Both the position numbers and the translations under genes were made by a program. From assembly GCA_000165425.1 (NCBI GenBank), contig CT868035.1, positions 186,001 to 245,749 on the forward strand: a stretch of DNA of 59,749 nucleotides, written 5' to 3'. This DNA is from Paramecium tetraurelia (lineage: Eukaryota). Positions 1-14,125 of the stretch are shown here, one piece after another (the stretch's first letter is position 1; every line of letters begins with the position of its first letter). Below the pieces are notes generated by a model. The model saw nothing but the letters and a program-made list of their open reading frames with translations, was not told the DNA's origin and ran no database searches.

Positions 1-237
1 CTCATTAAAGACACCGAATATACATCTAGAGTCATATATTCACATATTGATTAAGGTTGAAGAGGAAATTCAATATTAAAATAAAAAACATGAATTGCTC
101 GTAATATATACGAATCGGTTTAAACAGTAAATTTTAGAAATAATATAAATTTACATGAATTATAAAATGCTTTATGCTTGATATAGAGATATGCAATTTA
201 AAATACAGATATAAAATGCTTTGATTTGGATACATAT

Positions 238-1710
238 TCATTCAGTTCTAAAAAACTCCGTGATTAATTTTTGGGATTGGTCGAAAATCTCTTTATTTGG
301 ATGATACTGCAAATCTTCGATAGCCTGAATGAGCTAATTTTACTATAGAATTGCTAGAATAGGATTTGGAACATTCTATTGGGATTACAACGACAAACCA
401 TAATTCATGAGCGAGGTTATACATTCCAATCCTTATAAGACGATGTAAGGTTCAGCTGATTCGACAGTAGATTTTAAGTGTATAGCAAGACCCAGATTGA
501 TGAGAACTGTGAAATCCAATTGGTTTCCATACTTTAGAATGTGTTGGATCGATCGTATCACAAGGGATTGATTTATAGGTTTGTCAGTGGTGAGGATATT
601 TATTAGTTTTTTGATTAACTCCTATTGTGAGAATATCTATTAAATGACATTGTGTCCTTATTTACATAGGTTTTGTAAAATGTACAAGACTGCTGTTCTG
701 ATCTTTTAGTATTTGTAATTGATTAGTTTGTTAATTATTTCCAAGATAGAAAATTGCTGGAAGATTGAATACAATTACTGAAAATCAGATAAGTATTTCA
801 TTTGGAGTAGGGCAGAATAGAAGGATTCAAAGTCATTCTCGTTGGTAAGATATTCGTTCAAATAATTAAAGAGTAATTGAAATATTTCAAAATAATTAAC
901 ATCTCTGTCATACTAATCACACTATTTGTTGATGATAAATAAGGTTTAGAGTATTTCTTAGCTTTTATTAATCTTCAAATGCTTCAAAATTACTATTAAT
1001 TAAGGTTTAAACTATTCAGGAATGTTTCTACACAGTGTTTAAATAAGATAACTAACATTATACAGCAAAGTGTCCTTCATCAATTAACACAGGATCTCAA
1101 CTGTGTTTTTGCTAAGTAAATAATGTTGGATTTGTGCTAATTTGCTTGAGACATTGCCCAAATACCCCAGTATCAAATTAGCCAAATCATCTATTTGTTT
1201 ATTTTCTATGAGCAACTCCAGGGATCTCTCTATTGACCACTGAATGTCTTCAAAAGGCAATTAAAAATATTCCTCATCTTAAGTCAATTACAGATAAATT
1301 GTGAATGTGTCAATGTAGTAGGATTCATCATTCAATAAATCCTTGAATTATAGGAAATTCCTTTATGTTAAATACAAACTATGTATGCGATTCCTGTCAT
1401 CTATGATATTGGCAATCAGATGCAGTTTTTATGAAATCTCATTCATCTCCTTCTTTGCGTAAACTATCTTAAATTCATTGAATAAGTTGTTAATCGAAAG
1501 ATTCATTTAAGAACCCTGCAATCTCTATTTTGGTATAAACCACATCCTCTTCTTCTCCAATTACTCCTCGATTCGCTCTTTCCTAATTTACAACCGAAAC
1601 TGCTCTCTCATCTCGTAAATACTCTTTGGCTGAATTTGCTTCTAGTTTTTTAATGTCTAAGGCTGATACTGTAATTCATTATCCGATTCAACAAGTTTTA
1701 TTTCATCCAT
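238..1710 (-). CDS. Importin-alpha-like protein (IBB-like N-terminus, helical ARM-like body), ~490 aa
   Basis: ATG at 1710 and TGA at 238-240 are in frame (1473 nt). N-terminus MREQFRLQIRKERIEEQLEKKR resembles the importin-beta-binding domain; remainder is Leu/Ile-rich and helical. Confidence 0.65.
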
Positions 1711-1749
1711 TATTTATAATAATAATAAAAACTATTGAATTAAACTTCA

Positions 1750-2460
1750 GTTCTCAACTATTTACTCTACCCAATTGGATTGGACCTCTATAATTCATTT
1801 CAGCACCAATTTACTGTATAGTTTTTAAGCTTTGAAGAACCTATGAAATTTCATTAGCATTTACATTGTATTTTTATATTCATATTTAACTTATGAAATG
1901 GATTACTATTATTTCGTATTGAATTGGATATAGAACTATATATGTCTCCCTCTGAGCTTCCTTGATTAACTTAAAATACACGATATCCATCAATTATTAT
2001 TTCACTATTCATACAATATAAAAGTTAGCAACTTAAAAAGTTATTTACAAAAGACACTAAAGATTAATCGAATGTCATACATATCATTGCTTATAGACAA
2101 TTCTGTAATGCAATCTGGAACAGTTGTAGATTTGCATTCACAAAATCAAATAAAGATGTCAACCATGTGGAGTTATTGCTAGATTTGAAAAGAAGCCATA
2201 TAAAAAGTGGCTATTCTAGAAGAAGAACTATATGCTGAGTAAATTAAATTGTCCCAATTTAAGCATGTACATTTATACTTGGTTCTCTTCTGGGTTTCTC
2301 TCACTTTCCGCTTTCGGGTGACCTGATATAAAACATATTATACTTCATGAAAATCAATAATTATGCATTGAACTCAATGATGTTTGATTTGGTTTAAGAT
2401 AATTAACTATAATGGAGTTTCGTTATCGATTATTTCCTTTACAAGTTATTTTGTTTAATC
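1750..2460 (-). other. Possible small or decaying gene (structure unresolved)
   Basis: Two canonical minus-strand intron-like elements (2057-2080, 2323-2343) and a Cys-containing segment (CECKSTTVPDC), but no complete stop-free model could be built. Confidence 0.3.
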
Positions 2461-2814
2461 TTCTTCAAGTAATTTCAGATTTTTAATTATTTTTATAATA
2501 ATATATTTAGTTGTTTGGAAGATACAGACAGGTATTAAATAGTATAATTATGTTGAATATAAAATAACTCTAAAAATGTAGAAATATACAATTATGAACT
2601 CAAGTAGCAACAATGATGATTTCAACAGTTAAATTCAAGAGATTTAGAATTAATAAAATTCTTTTCAATAATTTCTTCATTTGACCCACTTGTGGCTTCT
2701 TTAGTGAGATAAAATACTCATATTAATGTAGATAATATTTATATAAAGTCTAAAATACATCTTTATTAAATACAAAGACGATATAATTTTATTTATCAAA
2801 AATTTACAACAGAG

Positions 2815-3513
2815 TCAGTTCTTGATTAATTTGATTAAGGAATTGTTTCTGCTCTTGTAGGGTTTGATGGATTAATGATGTGAGGAACTTTGATCGACTC
2901 TGACCAATCTGCTTGTATTGCAATACTGTGAATTAGATTTTTCTGATTCAACAGTGCTGTTTTCAGTATAGGTTGTTGATTGGATAGTATCTCTCTTTTC
3001 GGATAGTTTATGTTACAACTCTTTCAATTGACTTTTGAGCTCAATGATCTATTTATCTTTGCGTAATTGCAGAGCACTTTGGGTGATAAATAGTTTTTGT
3101 TTAATTTCTTGGATTTCTCTTTTGATTTGGAAATTGGAATCCAGCATTTCAGCATTTTCATCTTCAAGCTATTTACGCTTTTGCAATTGTTCTTAATTTT
3201 CTTTGAGCAATTGATGATATTATTGGTTGAGTCTCTTGTTCAACTCGATTTGGGAGATGATTTATGCATATTGCTCTTTGGTTACTATAATATTGGCAGA
3301 ATCATTATTATTATCTGGAATTGAGCGATTAGAATTTATTTATTGTAATTCAGAGAAGCTGAATTCTTGTGTTTATTCGGGCGATGAATCGAGATTGTTT
3401 TTGGAGACAATTTTGGATTCATCTCCGAATTTAATCTCCTTCTGAGAATTGTTGAAGAGATCGACTAATTGATGAGCCGACAAATAGATAGGGTTTAGAA
3501 ATTAATCTTGCAT
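2815..3513 (-). CDS. Hypothetical coiled-coil protein, 232 aa
   Basis: ATG 3513 to TGA 2815 in frame (699 nt), MQDQFLNPIYLSAHQLVDLF..., with a central Q/E/K/L heptad-rich region. Confidence 0.75.
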
Positions 3514-3966
3514 AATATAATTTATATATAAATTGATATTCATACTATCAATTAATCAAATTTATAAGGTCTATGTAAATAAGCAAGTGATAAATAGACA
3601 GTATTATAAGTGATCCAATCTTTCATTAACTTTATTTTAAAGAAATTGCCATAACAGAGTATAGATGTTCATGTATCAAAAATTCAAGGAGATCTAATCA
3701 TATTATGTAAAAGTGAAAATTAGATTAGAGCAGTTCCCATTAGGATTTTCAGTTTTTGAATAGAAGATTGTCGAAAAATTCTATAGCACAAATCTCAATA
3801 CGCAGTAGGTCGTAAAGGAAGGGAATTCTACATTGTATATTGTTTCCTCATATAAATATTGTAAAAATATAAAATATACTAAATAGTTGGATTCCATTAT
3901 AAAACTCAGCAGTAATAAGATTATCATATTGAAAAATATTAATATCATATAATTTTATTTATAATC

Positions 3967-6900
3967 TCATTACTTTTTAAGACTTTCAATTTATTATTCT
4001 GTTAATAATTTCTCTTATTGATATTTTTCCATCTTTTCAAGATCTGTTTTTTTGACTTACTCTGGCACCTTGTCATTGTATTTGCTCATCTTGTCTTAGA
4101 GTGCGTTAATATACTTAATCAACTCATTCAATTTCTTGATTAATCTATCATTCTAAATAAGTTATTAATTATAATTTTACTTCTTTTGTAAGATCAATAT
4201 TATCTTTCAAATTAACAAAAATCTTAATTTTAGCATCTAGAGTATCAACTCCACATTATTTATGATGTTCAGTTTCTTATTCGATTGTGCTAATCTAGAA
4301 TTATTTTATATAATATATTACTGATTTTATTCTAGCTAATAAACAGATGATATCAGCTTGTTATTTAATTAAATCATCTAAGGATTTGTCTCCAATCAAA
4401 TTCAAAGTGTAGGCGTCAGGTCTTACATTTGGAGGCAATTAAAATTTACTAATAATTGATCTTAACTTCTTTGAGATATTCAAGACCAAATCGAATTAGA
4501 TTTCAACATCTTAATTGATCCATTAAGGATTGGGTTAAGGATACTTAGCGATGATGAGTGAATCTTCCTTATCGAATGGTAGCTTTTACCATAACTCTTC
4601 AGATAAGTATGGCATCATTGGATGAAGCAATCTCAATCCTTGATCCAAAACAGTTAATAAGGTCTATTGAGTTTCGAGTTTAGACTTCTGATCTTGGTTT
4701 TTATCACTCAAAATGTTTTTGATTCCTTCCAAATAAATATCACAAAATTCGTAGAGCCAGAATTGATGGAAGCTTTGAGTTGCTTGTCCGAATTCATAAT
4801 CATCAAATGCAGCATTAACTCCTGTGATGGCTTAATTGAGTTTCACTAAAATCCATTGATTGATCAATTGCAAATTATTCAATTCTAATTTCACATAGTT
4901 GACATCTTTGGTTAATTTGGGGAATGCAAATCTACAAGAGTTCCAGATTTTGTTACAGAATTGTCTATAACCAATGATGTGTTTGACATCCATATTGATA
5001 TTTGGTGTCTTTTGTAAATAACTTAAGAGACCAAATCTTAATGCATCTCCACCGCATTCTGGAATTCCATTAGGGAATTCTTCTTCCTTTTATTTAATGG
5101 CCCTTTCAACTTCATCTTTGGATAGATTTCCTTCATAAATCTTCGACTTTAAGTTTTCTAATGAAGTTCCATCGATAATCTCAAGTGGATCTATGACATT
5201 ACCAAGACTCTTAGACATCTTCTTTCCATCCTTGTCTCTAATTAAAGGATGAAGGAACACATATTTAAATGGAACCTTATCAAAGAATTCTAATGAGAAT
5301 TACACCATCTTAGCAACCCAGAAGAACAGAATATCCCAACCAGTCTCAAGAATAGTATTAGGGAAAAAGGCCTTAAAATCTGGATGATTAACATCAGGCC
5401 ATCCAAAGGTGGAAAATGGGAACAACCCAGAAGAGAACCAAGTATCCAACACATCCTCATCCTGAGACAATTTAATTTACTCTGCAGGCAATTTATATTT
5501 AGCAATTGCCTTTTATAAGGCTTCCTCTTCAGATCTAGCAACAATCCAATTGTCCTGGTTGCTGGTATCAGGTAAATTACCATTGATACTAACTAAATAG
5601 GCTGGACATCTGTGACCCCACCATATTTGTCTGCTGATACACCAATCTCTGAGACCATCCATCCATCTAAACCATTCGTTCTCATAATCAGAGGGAATCA
5701 GAACCAATTCTCCGTTTTTGACCACATCGATCATTCTTTATTTGATGTGTTGACAATTGACATACCATTAAGGTTTGATCATAGGTTCAATAACATCCTT
5801 GCTTCTGGAACACAATCCAAGTCTCATTTGATTTGGTGTCTTGTCTCTGTAAAGACCCAATTATTTCATGTCCTCCTCCATTTGACGACGACAATCAAAT
5901 CTCATCATACCAGCATACTTTCCACCATTTTAATTGATTTTACCATCTTCATCAAAAATCTAAATGAATTCCAACTTCTATCTTTATCCACACTCATAAT
6001 CATTAGGATCATGAGCTGGTGTGACTTTAACTGCACCTGTACCAAAAGTCATATCGACCAATTGATCATCAGCAATAACCTTAATCACTCTATTGCAGAA
6101 TGGGTGGATCAACTCCTTTCCAATCAAGTGAGCATATCTTTTATCCTTTGAATTCACTGCCACAGCTGTATCACCCAACATTGTCTCCAAACGAGTAGTG
6201 GCAACAACCAACTCCTCATTTGAGTCCTTGACTTTATATGCAAAGTGAGTCAACCAACCAAATTCAACTGGCTAAGCATGTCCTGGCACTTTCAACTTAG
6301 TTGGCTCCTTGATATCCTCGTAAGTCACTTCGATGTCGGAAATAGCTGTCTTCAATTAACAGGACCAATTGACCAATCGTGTTGCCCTATAGATCAACCC
6401 CTTCTCGTACAACAACACAAATGCTTCTGTGACTGCTCTACATTAATATATTTCTATGCTTTTTACTTCTTCAATTACTCATCCATTGTAAAGTGATACC
6501 TGTCCCAATCTAATGAACTACCCACTCTCCTCAATTACTCCAAGATCTAAGCTCCGTGTCTATGTAAATTATGATCACCATATCTTACTTCTCCTTCCAA
6601 TCCCAAACCTTCTCCAAGAACTTCTCTCTTCCCATCTCCCACTTATTCAATTATTGCTTTGCTAGAGCCTTCTCCACAACTGTCTATGTTGCTATTCCTG
6701 CGTGGTCTGTCCCTGGCAAATAGCATGTCGCGTATCCCCTCTGTCTGTGGATTCTTGTCAACGAGTCCTCTATTGCTGATGTCAATCCGTGACCCAAATG
6801 CAAATACCCTGTCACACTAACAACTTTATTCAAATCACTTACTTAGGAGGTGGCAACACCATCACATATCTCTTGTCGTTCTTTAATGCCTCCTCTGCAG

Positions 6901-7225
6901 TCACGTGGAAATACTTCTTGTCCTCCCAATATTTATACCAGAAGCTCTCCACAAAACTAGGCTAATATGATTCAGGCATTTTCGAAGCATCTCTCTTCAG
7001 GGCCAATATCTCTGCAGGACCTAAACACCCCTTCAATTTCAATATTTTACTTAATTTGCTCAAATCTGGCACATCCTTCCCCTTTTGAGGCTCTGCTATT
7101 TTCACAGGCTTCTACTCAGCCTTGGCAGCTATGTGCTTCATAAAATCCTTCTCCTTCTTCTTCTCAAATGCTTTTACTCCAAATCTTGAAATCAATCTTG
7201 TGAACATCTCGTCAGATTCGTGCAT
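3967..7225 (-). CDS. VARS: Valyl-tRNA synthetase (eukaryotic type)
   Basis: HIGH-type motif [13 protein letters not shown] (across intron 6817-6842), [61 protein letters not shown] (5200-5240). Introns near 7021-7050, 6817-6842, 6560-6588, 6438-6466, 4295-4321, 4153-4180. Confidence 0.97.
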
Positions 7226-8918
7226 TAAATTTAATTTAAAAAAAATTAATATGCATTTTATAAATTCTTTCATTTGTTTTCAATTGTTATTTATTCCAAA
7301 TACTGGAAAATTCTATTATCCCTTCAATAATACTCAAAAAAGGAACCATCTCAAGAATCGTCCCTTCAAAATCAACCATACCCCTTCAAGATTTAAAGTA
7401 AAATAACTTTATTTAAGGAGTTTATTATAATTAACTTAATTTCATTGATTTTGGCTCACTAAAAAAAGAATTCATACACATGATCAATATCACTTATTAT
7501 TAGTCCTCTTTTATTAGTGATTTTGATAATTTATATCACTATTTAGAAAATGATAGACAATAAAATAAGGGATACAAATATTAGTAGGATATCATTTTGA
7601 GGATGTTATACTATTAAGTAACTCATCAATTATTGTGTATTTAATAAGGCAAAAATTTTGTGTTTAATAAAGTTAAGCGACAATATATCGCAGTAGATTC
7701 AATTTAATGCAGATATGCTAATTAAATATCTCCTTTTGATAAAATGAAAAAGCCATTGAAGTTTAATAACAAATTAATGTTATAATTTAGATTAAGAATT
7801 TTTAAAGTTACGTATATTGGTGGAATTCAGCCATATTCATCGTCCATAATAATTGATGAAAAAAAGGTGGGAAAATTTTGAATAGGTCTGTTGAAAAAAC
7901 TTATGATTATTGAAGAATCTAAAAATTATATCAATCTTGATTTTATGAGAAGGAAAAGAAAAAGATATATTAGATTATTAAAGATAAATTAAATTAATAT
8001 TGTGTTGTAAGGTATTAAACATTTCTTGATATTGTATAATTAGATGAAGAGTAATATCAATTATTTTTAATTTTTCTTTTGAAATCATATGGTAATATTT
8101 AAAGATAATTTAAGATTCAAATTACAGTAAAATTCTGATAATGTGGCGATGTTTTTTCGAATTAAATATATTTTGTAAACTTAGGATAAAATATAATTAA
8201 TGTTTTTGGTTTGACTAATAATAAGGCTTTATAACTTTATAATAAAATAAATTATATTGACTAATGTAAATTTATGTTAACAATATTGGACTTATAGAGA
8301 ATTATTGTTTAATGATTAGTAATTAAAACTAGGATAAAATAATAAGACAAAACAGCAGTAGATTTTACTTTAAATTCACAGCATTTTCTTAATTTTTTAA
8401 TACCTAAAAACAGCATTATCCTACATATTTAATTAAATAAATTCCTATCATTTAAAGTTATTGGTTTCATAGGAATTCTCGAAATTAATTTTTCCTAATT
8501 TTTGCAATAATAACCAATTAAACTAAGATTTGAGAGTATCAGAACTCATCATTATCTATTTTGTTAATTAATTGAATATTAAATTAATATACTATATTGT
8601 GGGTATAAAAATTTGAATTTTTATTTGGTCTTACTTTATTATAAAATCAGAAATTAAGTTTAATTAAATTGGCTTTACATTGTTACAAGTGTTTGGCATA
8701 ATAGAAATACTTGTTTATATTGCAATCAATTGTGGTTTGGTCGGTTTTAGAATATTCTGAATTCTGGTTAAATCACAGGATATTTATATTAAAAAAGATA
8801 AAAGTTATGATCATCTAGGTTCAATATTAATTATTTGAGTTGATTATACATTTTGAGTTAACCATTATTTCAAGTGAGTAAATAGGTAATTTGAGAAAAA
8901 AATACCTGATTATTAAAA

Positions 8919-10597
8919 ATGATTAATCATTAATCAGAATCTGACCAAGGGAAGACGAAATCGATTTCAGATCATTCTTTAGTGAAATCTCATACGCAAT
9001 CCATTAAAGATATAGATTTATCGGTTTATAGATGGGCAATTTTACTTTTGTACTACCTAGTTGTATTGGTAAACGGCGTACCCTATGAAATTTGTGTGCC
9101 CATAAGTTCATTTACGGCTCATATATACAATGTAACGTTGGCCTTAGTTGCAACTGCCTCAACTGTATTTATGGTTATGCATCCAATATTGTCGTTTGTC
9201 GCTGCATAAAGTATACAAGAGTAATCTAGTTAGCTATATCAAATTATGGATGGGCATCTGCTACTAATTTAGGGGTTATACTTACAATTGCAGGATGTGC
9301 TATTAAACTTCTGATAAATCAAGCAGGGTAGATAATATAGATGTTATATCTAGATTTTTAGTTTTACTAATTGGTTAAGTACTGTGTGGAATAGGAAGAC
9401 CTTTTATTTTAAATTCTCAGGCATCTATGGCCATGAGTTGGTTTCATCCTAAGACTCGAATCATGATCATAACACTACTTAATGTGGTTAATACTTTATC
9501 ATTGGTCATTTCTGCTCAATTACCAGGAATCATTTTCAAGGGATATAATTTGTATGATGATCCAGACTATGAGGATGGGAGAAGCAGAATGCAAAGTTTG
9601 TGTTTACTTGAATTTTACATAAGTTTGGCCATCGTACCAAGTCTATTGATGTTGAGGAGCAGACCAAAGGAGGTTCCAGTGAAAATAAACAAAATCGAAA
9701 GAAAAGGAGGGATGCTAAAAATAATGCTGAGACTATTTAAGAATAGGAACTTTGTTTTACTGTTCATTCCATTTAGTCTATACTTTGGCATATTAAAGGC
9801 TTATTTGGTAATTATGGAACTGTTGATGGCTCCCTATAACTACAAGACCGATTAAGTTGCTGGTGTTGGTATAAGAGTAATTAATAAAAAGTTTCGTTTC
9901 CATTAATTGGTGGATTGATAGCTCAAGGGGCATTTCCATATTTTGTAAACAAGTATCAGATATAGAAACCATTTGTTCGTTTGTTCTTATTGTCCTCAAC
10001 TTTAGCTATGGGATCCTTATATTTTGCATTACAATCGAACAATGTGATCTACATTTACATAGTAATAACTCTATTGGCCATGTGTGTGATGCCCATACTG
10101 CCTGTGATTATGGATATGGGATGTGATTTGATCTCTCCAATCGAACCATCGTTTGCAGTTGGTGCCTTTTATATGGGGAGCATGTTGTTTTTTGTGGCCT
10201 TCACTTACATCTTGACATTCATAACTGGGAAGAACAAGGAGGATACGAGAGTGTTGTACACCAACATTTTCTCAACCATTGTGTTGATAATTGGATTGTT
10301 GTGCAGTCTATTTCTAAGAATTGATAACTAATACTATGCCTTGGATGTAGAACAAGACAAAAGCTCATTGGTGCACCCTCTAGAAAAGAATGAATCCATC
10401 CTCAAAGACAATTGTCCTTTTATTTATAGAGGGACTCAGTCGAAGATGAGTATCTAACATCAAAAGGGATCTATGTTCAGTGTACATTATCAATGTATCT
10501 TTAGTGTTCACATTACAATATTAGCATCGTGGGTGATGTGCCATTAATCCCAGGAGAGGAGGCAGAGGATCTTTTGGATTCAGAATAGCAATAATGA
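8919..10597 (+). CDS. MFS transporter, FLVCR/SLC49 (MFSD7)-like
   Basis: Starts MINHQSESD..., then YRWAILLLY, multiple TM helices, a GQ..CGIG.PF.LN...AMSWF..KTR motif and a LFKNRNFVLL loop. Several tiny introns; the last (10482-10504) restores the frame to TGA 10595-10597. Confidence 0.85.
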
Positions 10598-10677
10598 GTA
10601 AGATAGTTCTATATTATTGAATTGGATAATCATTTAATTCAATAATGAGAAATTGAAGTATTCATAAACACTTATAT

Positions 10678-11343
10678 TCATTTATTCAATTGTTTCTTCT
10701 TTAACTACTTTAAAAAGTTGAGGGCTTGAGCACTTAATTACTCATTCAACTCAGTCTTTTGTATCTATTTGCCAATCGATGATGTTTGCATTCTCTACGT
10801 AGATCGAAACAAAGATCTGGTTTGGGATTGCACTCTGCCAGACCTAAGTCGTTTGATCAGGTTGTTGAGTGCCTCTGGATTGTATACTAGTTTCTTTTGC
10901 TTGATCTCTGTATCAGAGTTGTGAGGTGAGATGAAATACACATTTCTTGGTTTTGGGGGTTGTAATATATCTAAAATTTAATCATATAGGTGAGACACAC
11001 GAATTAAATCCTAAGCATCTACTTTAGAGTTCTCCAAGAGATTACAACATTGCTTAGCTTTTTCCCACAATTCATTTGGAGGAACTTAAGTCTTTTCTTA
11101 GTCATCTATAGTCTTAGCATTTTCGTAGATTATCTCACTTTCCGCTATGTGTTTGCTGACGTTTGTCATATTTGTGATAGAGACTATTTCAAAAGGCATA
11201 GGTTTTATCTGAATCTTCCCCAAAAATGAATTTATCAATCTATTTTTCACTTTGTAATGTGCAGGATATATTCGCTTCTCTATTCTATGACATAAGAATT
11301 GATATGAGTAATCGGATGTAAAATACTAACATTAATCTAGCAT
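10678..11343 (-). CDS. Hypothetical protein, 221 aa
   Basis: Uninterrupted frame from ATG 11343 (MLDQCQYFTSDYSYQFLCH...) to TGA 10678 (...LKQLKKKQLNK*). Confidence 0.7.
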
Positions 11344-12317
11344 TAATTTTATATAATTTGATATTATTTATTAGACATTACAATAATTTATCATTATACT
11401 ATATTAACACTATGATTCGTATTGATCTACAATCTTTACTCCTTCTCCAATTTTATTAATATTTATAATAAATAGAGGCATTAAAAATAAGTGATTAAAT
11501 TTATTAAGTCTAAAATAGGTAGTTTTTCTTGATTGAAGCTTCTTGATTATCTCACCTGGTCTAGATATGTTAAAAATCTCCCTCATTATGTAAGTTATAA
11601 GTTCCCTAATTAATCAGAAGAATCATAAACATATTTAAGTATATTCAATGTATATCTGTAAAAGAAAGTATAATGATTTTCATTAATAAAAACAATTAAG
11701 TTAAGCTATTATTAAAAATTATCATAAATAATTAAGAGATTTTCAATTTTATGCTACAAATTGTTATCTTTTTCATGTAATTGATAAATTAATTATATAA
11801 TTTTAATTATATTAAGGTAGTCTATCCTTTTAACTTGATATTAAAATTTAAGTTTTTCAATTATATTTAGGGCCTTTAATAATATTTTTATTGTTCTTTA
11901 CATTCATATTATTTGCTAAGAATATCGTAAAATAAAATAGCATTAATTTACATTAATCCACAGGATTAAGATAAAAGTATTCCATCATATAGAACATCCC
12001 TTCTTAAATTAAATTTATTTTTAGCTTATCAATTTTTCTTAAGTCTCTCTTAGATTGAATCTTCTAATCATTCTGATTATAAATAATCTAATTCAAGGAA
12101 TTGATATCATAAGATCTAATAAAATGGCAATTCTGCTATAAAATCTCATCCATCAGATTTAAAGATCATGAATTTCTCCATTCTAATAGTACTGCAAATT
12201 CTGTAAAAGGTATAAGTTCAACCCTCAATCATTTATAACTAATCTCTATTTCTATAGGTGCTACCATTTGAAGAGATAAATACATGAATATAATAGTTAC
12301 AATATATTAATTATAAT

Positions 12318-13808
12318 TCACTTCTTGATTTAGCAAGATTTTACTTTTTCGGCAAATCTAAGACTAGCAAGAGTCTATTAGAAGTCTTCTGATCTTGATG
12401 AAATGTTAACCATCATTAATGTCTTAGAACTTCCTTCCATGTACTTGTACAATGAAAAAGTCAGCTTGCTATTTCTAAAAGGAACATGCTGCTATTTGGT
12501 ATAAAGAGCATTAAAGACATCACCCAAGGCACTTAGTGATTTGTTAATTGCTTTGGTTTCAGTAAATCTGTCTCCTTCAGTTTTTGCTACATTTGCTCTC
12601 TCAGAACCAGCCAAGTCTATCAAATTTAAAGTTGAATTGATTTGCTTATCCCCCAAATGTCCTTACAAATTTAACTAAAATATAAAATGACTCCTAGAGG
12701 ACACTTCATTACTGAGAGTTTCTGCAACTTGTCTATTCTTTTTAGCAGTATTAAAATGATCTGCAACTTCAATGATGTCCTTAACATCTAATAATTTGAC
12801 TTCATCACACTTTTAATTGGTTATTAGATCTCTACTCTACTCATTATAAATTTCTTGAAATCCAACTCTAATGGAAGTTTACCAACCTAATTCTAACATT
12901 CCCTATCTCTCCTGAAAGATTTGCTCTACTGCCCTTGGAATCACACCCTTGTTATAATCATCACCCTGCATAGTATATGTTTTGCCCGATCCAGTTTATC
13001 CGTAAGCGAAAATGCACACATTATGTCCGTCAACCACATTTTGAACTAAATCTGAGAGTTCATTATAAATTTCTTATTGATCTGCTTCTTAGTTAAAGAT
13101 GTGTTCGAAATTAAAACTACTCTCCTTTTAACAATTAGTTGACTTTAAGAACCTTTCTGGGACTCGCAGTACCAACGTACACTCTCCGTTTAATAGTAAC
13201 ATGTCCTCTTGCGAATTAGGTCTAATACGACAGTAGACACGGATGTTGCCTTTGGCTTCTTGAAGTAGATTGTTCCAATATCTCTTTTGATGTTCTGTGT
13301 CTTTGAGTTCTTATTGTAGTTGAATATATTGTTGCTAACTCAGTTTAAAATTGTTCATAAGTTGTTGCTTCAAGAATTTCTTCTGTTCAAGTTCTTCTTT
13401 GGTTTGTTACAATTCATTAAGCATTCTCTCCTTGGCCTTTTGCATTTCGGCTATTTGGAATCTCTATTTGGTTTGTTATTCGAACAATTCTTGGATCATT
13501 TGCATTTGGCTCTATTGTTGGTTGAGTCGATTGCCATGGTATTCCAATTGATCCTATTGCTGATGGAACTACTAGATTGCCTATCTATCAGCCTCATCCA
13601 ATTTGGACTAAAATTCTTAGAGGCATTCGCGGGTAGTTTTTTGAATTACTTGAGTGAGTGGTTTGAATTCATCAAAACTCTTTTTGAACTCTCCAATCTC
13701 CTCACTTTGAGCTGCAAGAATTCTATTTTTATGAGTGATGAGTTCAATCAGCTTGTCCTCAATAACCTTGAGATGGTAAGCCCTGATATCCTTGAGTTCT
13801 TTTTCCAT
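12318..13808 (-). CDS. Kinesin-14 family (C-terminal motor; Ncd/Kar3/KIFC1-like), 496 aa
   Basis: N-terminal coiled coil, then neck [63 protein letters not shown]. The motor runs to the C-terminus; frame is 1491 nt. Confidence 0.95.
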
Positions 13809-14125
13809 TTATAAAAATATTAAAACACTTAAACACAAATGTAGAATCAATTAGGGGAGGTTTGACAGAAAATTGCTTAAGATTGGGTGTCACTATGCAA
13901 TTATCTTATACATTCTTGATGGAGAGTAAATAAGGGTGCAATTTCTGATTTACATGTATCAAAAATGAATATCAATCTTTTTATCACCTAGAGTCTTTCC
14001 CTTCACATAGGTATCCCAAGTTGATGAAGAGAGGAAAAAGGAGTATAGTGAATATCTTTATTTGATGATGAGTGATTTATGCAATATTTATTAATAAATA
14101 TTTATTATAACAATTTGAAAAGACA

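Noticed and set aside
13916..14075. Box C/D snoRNA
   Set aside because: TGATGA-like and CTGA elements occur in the wrong order and no terminal stem was seen.
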